From positions 51,269 through 115,268 of the forward strand of contig CAZYVU010000003.1 of the NCBI GenBank assembly GCA_964651435.1: a DNA stretch of 64,000 bases, in the 5' to 3' direction. The DNA is from an uncultured Pseudomonadota bacterium. Lineage in GTDB: Bacteria; Desulfobacterota; Syntrophorhabdia; Syntrophorhabdales; CAYQXL01. This document shows, in pieces, positions 57,592-64,000 of this stretch. The position numbers were made by a program, and so were the translations under genes. Positions within the stretch are counted from its first letter, which is position 1, and every line of letters begins with the position of its first letter. Below the pieces are notes generated by a model. The model had not been told where the DNA came from. It saw nothing but the letters and a program-made list of their open reading frames with translations, and searched no databases.

Positions 57592-59025
57592 GTCAATCTT
57601 GATAAGCCTGAGCCTTCTTGTGAGCGTAGAGAGGCTGATGCCGAGGACGTGGGCGGCCTCCTCGAGGGTTTTTGTCTGAGATACGGCCCTTCTGATAAGG
57701 CTTAGCTCATATCTTTCAACAGCTCCTCGGAGGGAGGTGATGTCTTCAGGGAAGTCCGTGCGATCTTGTGCGCCGGAGAGGTACTTCCGGGGAAGGTGGT
57801 CCGGTTTGAGGACCGCCTCGTCTGTGACAACGACGAGGTGCTCCATCAGGTTGGCCAGCTCCCGGACGTTGCCCGGCCAACGGTAGTTCGTGAGCCGGTC
57901 CACGGTCTCCTTGGCCAGTCGTGTTCCCAGATTGTATTTGCCGTTATATTGCTTGAGGTAGTGGAAGAGAAGAAAGGGAATGTCCTCCCGCCGTTCGCGA
58001 AGCGGAGGAATAGTGATAGGAACGACGTTGAGGCGGTAAAAGAGGTCCTCCCTGAACTTGCCTTCCCTCACCGCCTTCTCAAGGTCCCGGTTCGTTGCGG
58101 CCATAATCCTTACATCGATCTTCTTGGGCCTGGTTCCACCGACGCGGATCACCTCATGGTCCTGAATGACGGAAAGGAGCTTGACCTGAAGCTTCAGGGG
58201 CAGATCGGCGATCTCATCGAGGAGCAGGCTGCCCTTGTCAGCAATCTCGAAATAGCCGGCCTTCCCCTCCTTGCTCGCTCCCGTAAAGGCGCCCGCCTCA
58301 TAGCCGAAGAGCTCCGACTCGAGAAGTTCGCCGGGAATGGCGCCGCAGTTAATCTTTACGAACGACCCCGTTTCTGCCCTCTGGCTCGCCTCGTGGATGA
58401 TCCGGGCTATGAGCTCCTTGCCGACGCCCGATTCGCCGAGAATGAGGACCGTTGCGTCAACGCGGGCAATTCTGAAGGCCGTTTCTATAATCTGTTTCAT
58501 GGGCTTGCTGTGCGCTATGAACTGGGTTTGCATGGTCTGGTGCTGCTTCACATCGTGGAGCTCGAGAAGATACTTGGAGAGGAGCTTCTGGGACTGTTCG
58601 AACTTTTCCTTCAGCATGTTCAACTCTGTAATATCCCGCAGGTTACAATAGATCCTTGAGATATTGCCGTCCCTGTCAAAGACGGGGACACCCGTGCTGA
58701 GGACCTGCCTGCCTGCCATTGTGTTTATGATAACCGTTTGCGCCTTGCCCGTTTCAAGGACCTTAAGGGATGCGGCCGTGTCGGAGACCCCTTCATCAAC
58801 GAGCTCCTTGATCATGCGGCCGATGATCTGCTCGTTTGTGAGGCCCATAACCCTCTCAAAGGAGGGGTTCAGAAGGACGAGCCTGCTGTCGCCGTCAACA
58901 ATGGCCAGGGCATCATAGGAGTTTTCGACCATGCCCATAAGGTCTCTGTTGAGCGCCTCCACTTCGGCAATGCGACGAAGGAGCGCTGTCCTGTCCATCT
59001 CTTCTTTTGCCTGCTTTGCCTTCAT
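57580..59025 (-). CDS. PAS-domain sigma54-dependent transcriptional activator
   Basis: PAS/PAC, GESGVGKE, ESELFGYEAGAFTGA, FREDLFYRLNV, WPGNVREL, C-terminal HTH; start ATG 59025. Confidence 0.93.
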   Translation of the reverse strand: MKAKQAKEEMDRTALLRRIAEVEALNRDLMGMVENSYDALAIVDGDSRLVLLNPSFERVMGLTNEQIIGRMIKELVDEGVSDTAASLKVLETGKAQTVIINTMAGRQVLSTGVPVFDRDGNISRIYCNLRDITELNMLKEKFEQSQKLLSKYLLELHDVKQHQTMQTQFIAHSKPMKQIIETAFRIARVDATVLILGESGVGKELIARIIHEASQRAETGSFVKINCGAIPGELLESELFGYEAGAFTGASKEGKAGYFEIADKGSLLLDEIADLPLKLQVKLLSVIQDHEVIRVGGTRPKKIDVRIMAATNRDLEKAVREGKFREDLFYRLNVVPITIPPLRERREDIPFLLFHYLKQYNGKYNLGTRLAKETVDRLTNYRWPGNVRELANLMEHLVVVTDEAVLKPDHLPRKYLSGAQDRTDFPEDITSLRGAVERYELSLIRRAVSQTKTLEEAAHVLGISLSTLTRRLRLIKIDGHK

Positions 59026-59307
59026 CGGGTGTTCCCGGTAACCGTCCTTTCCTCCGTCGGGTAAGTCCAGGATCGTCACGATGCCGGAGCACCGGGATCC
59101 ACCCCTTTTCTTAGCAATTTTTGTGCCTTTCACGGTCATTGTTGACCAACCCCCTGCGGAAAGCGGCATAGTGTTACGCATTCAGTTTGGCACCATTTGC
59201 CTCGATAGTCAAAAATGAACATATATGACGGGCAGGCACCGGTAGCAGGAGGCTTGCACCCTTGGAAAAGGACGGAGGTATGCTACAATAAGGTCTGAGG
59301 TAAAGAC

Positions 59308-59907
59308 ATGCGGTTTGCGATGAAGGCAGTGAGCGGGCCCCAAAAAGGCCGGGCCCTATTCTGCCTCGGCCTCCTGGTCCTTGCCGCCCTCCTTTCGGGC
59401 GGCTGCGGACACGTAATCTCCGAGGGCCTGCGCCGGCAGGCCGACCCCAAGCTTACCTTGGCCATGGTCCAACAGGACCCCGAGGCCCACAGGGGCAGGG
59501 TCGTCATCTGGGGAGGTGAAATTGTGGAGGCCGCTAACGAAGAAGACGACAGGACATCCATCGAAGTCTACCAGAGACCTCTGGGCTTTTCCGAGGAGCC
59601 CGACTCGACGCTTCCTTCCGAGGGCCGGTTCTTCATCCTTGCAGAGATGGTTCTCGACACCTATCCGCTGAAGCAGGGCCGAAAGATCACTGTGGCTGGA
59701 AACGTTGCAGGGGAACGGGCAAAGCGAATCGGGGAAACGGAATTCCGGTATCCGCTCGTCCGGAGCCGGGAGCTGCACCTGTGGCCGGAATACTATTGCC
59801 CTCGGGATTATCCACCCTTCAACTATTATTTTGGCGGTCCCTTCGGCCCCTGGCCCCCGTACCCCTACTGGTACCCCTACGGACTCTACCGCTGCTACCC
59901 GTGGTAA
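59308..59907 (+). CDS. Slp-family outer-membrane lipoprotein
   Basis: Lipobox LSGGC, VIWGGEI, SEGRF, GRKITVAG, YPL..LHLWP, Pro/Tyr-rich tail. Confidence 0.88.
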   Translation: MRFAMKAVSGPQKGRALFCLGLLVLAALLSGGCGHVISEGLRRQADPKLTLAMVQQDPEAHRGRVVIWGGEIVEAANEEDDRTSIEVYQRPLGFSEEPDSTLPSEGRFFILAEMVLDTYPLKQGRKITVAGNVAGERAKRIGETEFRYPLVRSRELHLWPEYYCPRDYPPFNYYFGGPFGPWPPYPYWYPYGLYRCYPW

Positions 59908-60013
59908 GCCCGGAGAGGGGCCAGGGCGGCGCCCAAAGAATAGTGTTGAATTAATCGATTTGTTCATAGTAAACCAATGGTATTCCAAACTAAAATCTTT
60001 GGGAGGTGCGAAC

Positions 60014-61009
60014 ATGAGGCAGCCCGAACAGACCTTCATGAATTTTCTGCTTGCCCATCAGGAAAAGCATAACCGAACGTACCACTTCCTCATCCTCATG
60101 GATGCGATTATCAGCGCAGCAAAACACATCCAGCACTACTATCTTACCGGCGCCCTGAAGGGCAACCTGGGGTTGGCCGGTGCCACAAACATACAGGGCG
60201 AAGATGTCATGCAGATGGATCAGATCGCTCACCAGATCGTCATACACTATCTGAACACGACGAGCCGGGTGATCCACGCCGTCAGCGAGGAGGCCGATGA
60301 GATCATCCCCCTCGATACGGAGGGCGGCCGGTATTTTGTCTATTTCGATCCCCTCGACGGGTCGTCCAACGTAGCCCACGGGCTGCCCGTGGGCTTTCTC
60401 TTCGGCATTGCAAAGAGAAACCTGGAAGGTCCCGAGGACGGCCACCTGAGGGCCGGCAAGGACTACATAGCGGCCGGCATGTTTGTCATACCGACGGGTA
60501 CCTTCACGCTGGCTCTGAGGAATGCGGGAACATGGAGGTTCCATATCGACAGCACAATGAACTTCGTGAAGCCCGTTCAGATGGTCCTCCCGGAAGACAA
60601 GAAGACCTGGGAGCTCTCTTTCAACGCCGCCAACGGCGATACCTACGCCGCGGGAGTCCGGGACTGGATCATCCAGAATCAGGGCAGGTACGCATTCAGA
60701 TACCTGGGGGCGCTGGCCGGGGACTTCCACCGGATACTTTCCAACGGTGGCATGTTCATGTACCCTGCCATCGTCAACCATCCGAACCCGAAGAAGAACC
60801 GGCCCGACGGGAAGCTGCGGCTCATGTATGAGGCGGCAGTGGTTGCTTTTATGTGCCGGGAAGCGGGCGGCGACGCCGTCGATGAGAAGGGAACTCCCAT
60901 ACTGGAGATCGAGCCGAAGAAACACCATCAGAGAACGGCGCTCTACGTCGGCTCGAAGCCCCTCATTGATGAGATTCGGGAGGTTTTGAAGGCACAAAAA
61001 GCGGACTAG
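60014..61009 (+). CDS. fbp: Fructose-1,6-bisphosphatase class I
   Basis: FDPLDGSSN, RYLGALAGDFHRIL, FMYP, KLRLMYEA; GGAGG RBS before ATG 60014. Confidence 0.93.
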   Translation: MRQPEQTFMNFLLAHQEKHNRTYHFLILMDAIISAAKHIQHYYLTGALKGNLGLAGATNIQGEDVMQMDQIAHQIVIHYLNTTSRVIHAVSEEADEIIPLDTEGGRYFVYFDPLDGSSNVAHGLPVGFLFGIAKRNLEGPEDGHLRAGKDYIAAGMFVIPTGTFTLALRNAGTWRFHIDSTMNFVKPVQMVLPEDKKTWELSFNAANGDTYAAGVRDWIIQNQGRYAFRYLGALAGDFHRILSNGGMFMYPAIVNHPNPKKNRPDGKLRLMYEAAVVAFMCREAGGDAVDEKGTPILEIEPKKHHQRTALYVGSKPLIDEIREVLKAQKAD

Positions 61010-61011
61010 GC

Positions 61012-61152
61012 CCATTGGCCGGCCTCACGCGACCGGCCAATGGTGACGACAAGGATTCTGCCCCATAAATGTATCGATAGGTGGGGCTCATGCTGAAACA
61101 GTGAGCGACGGCGGGAGGCGGTCAACGGGCCTACCCGCCGTCGATTTTTTTA
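61012..61152. terminator. Hairpin cluster between convergent fbp and aldolase genes; last hairpin is followed by a T-run
   Basis: ccattggccgg/ccggccaatgg (61012-61043), gcccca/tggggc, gacggcggg/cccgccgtc (61107-61142) then ttttttt. Confidence 0.65.
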
Positions 61153-61220
61153 TGATCTGCTGCCAGGCTCCTTGACAGTGCAGGCACCCTGTTCACCGCT
61201 TCCGGCCCTTTCTGCGCCTA

Positions 61221-62642
61221 TCAGTCGGCGAGGTCGCTCACGTTTTCAACTCCCGCCGCTTCGCCAAGATAATCTTTCAGGTTCGGCTGTATTGCCACGG
61301 GCTTGATGGACTGTTCCACGTAGCGGCGTGTGCCCTGCATGCCCAGAACATCGAAAAGCCTTTTAAACTGTGACTCCCAGTCTTGCGCTATCTCGGCCTT
61401 AACGGAGGCGGGAAGGGCCCACGACTGGGTTTTAAAGGGGCCGACGGCGTTCTTCCGAACCTTATAGTAGAACTGTTCGTCCGTCATGTCGCTCTTACGA
61501 TCCGAGGCGTGCTTGTCCCTCAGGAAGGCATACATCTCGTCGCGTAGGGCGCCGGGAAGGCGGTTGAAGTACATGTTCATGAAGTTTGTTGCCAGGTGGA
61601 TCTCGCAGGTCTCTGTCTCCACGAACTTACCGAAGGCCTCTTCGGGTAACGTCGATGCGCCGTGCTGGACCGCGCCGCCCATGCCGTAGTCGCGCCGGGC
61701 AATCAGGCTCAGGTTGCGGAGGGTCTCAAAGTCAACCTTCACCTTGGCGATGGAGCCGTCGGGTAAAACGACCCCGCCGTGCGATGTGCCCGTCTGAATG
61801 CTGATCTTGCTGAGGCCGGTCATGCCTGTGCCGCGTTTGTCGAGCTCCTTCCGGAATCCTTCGATGTAGGCCCTGAGCTCCTCCTCCGTCGAGTTGCGTC
61901 CGCCCACCTCACCGATTTCGCCGCCCACGGAAATGGTCACGCCCTTCGGCTCCACCTTGCGGATGAAGGCCGTCAGTTCGGCGGAAAGCTCCGTGTTCAG
62001 TGCCTGCTGCAGGGGTACGGTGGGCTTGCTGAGATCGACGAGCGTCGATGTGTCCACATCAATGTTGAAGAATCCTGCCGCAACCGATTGGGTAATGAGA
62101 TCCTTGACGGCCTCTACCTCTGCGTCGGGACTTGTGCCGTAACGCTTTGCCGATACCTGAAAGTGGTCGCCCTGAATAAAGACAGGGCCCCTGAAGTCCT
62201 CGGCAATGGCCGCTGCAAGGACTGACGTCGTGTATTCTGCCGGCCGCTGGCCGGTGTAGCCGATCTCGGACCGGGCGATCTCAAAGATAAACGCGCCGGC
62301 GTCCATGCTCTTGGCGACACGAAAGATGATACGGGCCGCGTCGAAAGAGAGCGCCCTCAGGTTGATGGCGGGGACGGTAAAAACGGGCGGTACGTCGCCC
62401 CGGCCGCGGGCCATGTAAAGATCGTGGATGGAGGCCGGAACGATGCCCAGATCGAGGGCCGCAGCGCGGGTCAGAAACCGCGCGAGTCCCTGCTTCTCCC
62501 CTGAATCGAGCGCCGACATCTCTGCAAGAAGGTAAATTTTTTCCCGCAGCTTCGCCGGATTGACGACACGAATCGCCCCCTGTTGAACCTCCAGACTGTT
62601 ATCAACCGCTTTCAGAACCTCTGTGATCCTTACCTCAGCCAT
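61221..62642 (-). CDS. Class II fructose-bisphosphate aldolase family protein (long form)
   Basis: VPAINLR, IQGDHFQ, GGEIGEVG, GTSHGG, VQHGASTL, EIHLAT; adjacent to fbp. Confidence 0.85.
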   Translation of the reverse strand: MAEVRITEVLKAVDNSLEVQQGAIRVVNPAKLREKIYLLAEMSALDSGEKQGLARFLTRAAALDLGIVPASIHDLYMARGRGDVPPVFTVPAINLRALSFDAARIIFRVAKSMDAGAFIFEIARSEIGYTGQRPAEYTTSVLAAAIAEDFRGPVFIQGDHFQVSAKRYGTSPDAEVEAVKDLITQSVAAGFFNIDVDTSTLVDLSKPTVPLQQALNTELSAELTAFIRKVEPKGVTISVGGEIGEVGGRNSTEEELRAYIEGFRKELDKRGTGMTGLSKISIQTGTSHGGVVLPDGSIAKVKVDFETLRNLSLIARRDYGMGGAVQHGASTLPEEAFGKFVETETCEIHLATNFMNMYFNRLPGALRDEMYAFLRDKHASDRKSDMTDEQFYYKVRKNAVGPFKTQSWALPASVKAEIAQDWESQFKRLFDVLGMQGTRRYVEQSIKPVAIQPNLKDYLGEAAGVENVSDLAD

Positions 62643-63264
62643 AACAACCTCCTTTCGTTCGGTACGAACCCGGTTATGGATTTGCCCCCTTCATATTGAG
62701 GGGCGGATTCCCCTGAGATGTGCTAACCAGCCCATGGAAATGTCAGTGCCCTGTAGTGGCTCCTTTATTGAAAATACCACGACACCATATCTTCTGCCAA
62801 GGTTTTAATCGGCCCGTTCCACGCCAAAGCCCCCTTTTCTCGTCAGGAGAGCTGCATCGCCCCCAGGGCTGGGGTGTTGGGGCTGGGGCTGAGAGCGGGG
62901 CCGTGATTATGGGGGTTGGAGCAGAGCAAAGAAGGCGGTCTCCTGCGTTGGGGGGGTAGAGGGTGATGTGCAGGAAGACCGCCTCGGGCTTGCGCCCGGT
63001 TGACCAAACATTGTCGGTGACAAGCTTAGTGCCACCCTCGTTCTATGATTGTGAAACCTTTGGCAGGCAATGTCAAGGAATGTTTTTTCTGCGCCAGACC
63101 ACGCCCCCGGCCAAAGCCCCGGCATGATGCGTCGGCGAAGACAGAAAAATAACACATTCGGAGAGACTTCTGGTACATTAGGAGCGGCGACAGTAAGCGA
63201 CCCCCGGGGTCAGAGCCCCCATGGCGAGCTAATCAACAAAGCGCCGGCGAGGAGGATAGAAGCG

Positions 63265-64000
63265 ATGAAGGGAAGGATGATTCTTGTTGCGGCGGCACTT
63301 CTTGTGCTGACTGCCTGGTCTATGGGACCGGCGGAAACAGTGGTGGTGTCGGGTCATCCCGAGTATCCGCCAATCATGTGGAGGGAAGGGGACACCATAA
63401 TCGGCGTAGGCCCTGAGCTCGTGAAACGGGCCTTCGGTGACCTCGGGGTCAGCGTAGATTGCATATTTGCGGGAAATTGGGCGCAGGTGCAGGAGGCCCA
63501 GAAGAAGGGAACCGTGGATGTGCTGGCCGGGGTCTATCTCACAGAGGAGCGGAAGGCAGCCATGGAGTATTCGGTGCCCTATACGCAGGACCCGGTGGTC
63601 CTCTTTGTTGCCAAAGGCAAGGCCTTTCCATTTAACAAGTGGGAGGACCTTATCGGCAAACGGGGCACGACAACGACCGGCGACAGCTACGGTCAGAAAT
63701 TCGACTCCTTTATAACCGCCAAGCTCACTATGGAAAGGGCGGCGACGGTACAGGAGAACTTCGAGAAACTGCTGTCGGGAAAGGCCGATTACTTCATTTT
63801 TGCCATGTACTCCGGCAACTTCGAAGCCAGGAAGCTTAACATCCTCGATAAGATCGAGCAGATCAAAAAGCCTGCCACCGTTGAAGACTTCTACATATCT
63901 GTGGGAAAAGGATCAAAATACGTCAGTCTCCTCCCCGAGCTCAACCGCAAGATTGAGCGGATGGCAAAGGACGGCACGGTAGAATCCTTGATCAAGAAAT
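63265..64000 (+). CDS. Family-3 (amino acid) solute-binding protein, runs off the window
   Basis: Own translation (not in ORF track): MKGRMILVAAALL..SGHPEYPP..W..VDVLAG..TEERK; GGAGGA RBS; no stop before 64000. Confidence 0.85.
   Translation, partial: MKGRMILVAAALLVLTAWSMGPAETVVVSGHPEYPPIMWREGDTIIGVGPELVKRAFGDLGVSVDCIFAGNWAQVQEAQKKGTVDVLAGVYLTEERKAAMEYSVPYTQDPVVLFVAKGKAFPFNKWEDLIGKRGTTTTGDSYGQKFDSFITAKLTMERAATVQENFEKLLSGKADYFIFAMYSGNFEARKLNILDKIEQIKKPATVEDFYISVGKGSKYVSLLPELNRKIERMAKDGTVESLIKK

Noticed and set aside
59705-60013. N-terminal fusion on fbp, and similar 5' extensions of rimO, ade and the sigma54 activator
   Set aside because: The extensions overlap other genes or repeats, and internal starts fit the homologous N-termini better (for fbp, with a clear RBS)
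62866-62900. TPP riboswitch (GGGGTG...GCTGAGA)
   Set aside because: The second half (ACCC..GAACCTGA..GGTAAT..GCG.AGG) is absent
63020-63034. Sigma54 promoter for the aldolase (TGGCAC-N5-TTGT, minus strand)
   Set aside because: The -12 GC is replaced by GT and the site is about 380 bp from the start; not supportable
63120-63260. Glycine or glutamine riboswitch ahead of the solute-binding protein
   Set aside because: GGAGAGAC is present, but the GCCGAAG and CTCAGG elements are missing
1-64000. CRISPR array, tRNA/rRNA, integrase, transposase, prophage or defence genes
   Set aside because: No regularly spaced 25-45 bp repeats, no cloverleaf or rRNA signature, and no recombinase, transposase or defence motifs in any frame I could recognise
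1-64000. Selenocysteine or programmed frameshift recoding
   Set aside because: No gene appears split or truncated at an in-frame TGA; all recognised proteins look full length

Overview
A 64 kb GC-rich chromosomal (non-mobile) stretch from a diderm anaerobic bacterium. Gene content and order (lysS-lolE-lolD, phoH-HDIG-ybeY-lnt, AddAB, DUF6125, sigma54 activator, multiheme cytochrome) suggest a Desulfobacterota/Syntrophorhabdia-like organism; this is inference, not a database result. It holds housekeeping genes (rimO, lysS, cysS, lnt, ybeY, addAB, rodA, fbp, class II aldolase) and many uptake systems (one polar amino-acid ABC, two LIV-type ABC, one TRAP, one MFS, one partial solute-binding protein). 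I found no CRISPR array, tRNA/rRNA, integrase or transposase. The most unusual items are: (1) an intact response-regulator receiver fused to a complete LpxC, suggesting phospho-control of lipid A synthesis; (2) a DUF4032-like repeat fused to an HPr-fold domain that has lost His15 but kept Ser46; (3) a histone-H1-like Lys/Ala/Pro tail fused to a 7-Cys desulforedoxin-like domain, directly upstream of an octaheme cytochrome; (4) a complete sigma54 module (activator, two GGTCA-N4-TGACC palindromes, consensus -24/-12 promoter) ahead of LIV transporter, acyl-CoA ligase and DUF6125 genes; (5) a GntR-TRAP-LarA-homolog locus; (6) a 170-bp hairpin-rich insertion that duplicated the lnt RBS/start, plus heptamer/octamer micro-arrays at gene ends. 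All family calls come from motif recognition by eye; start codons were adjusted from the ORF track where RBS or homology suggested it.
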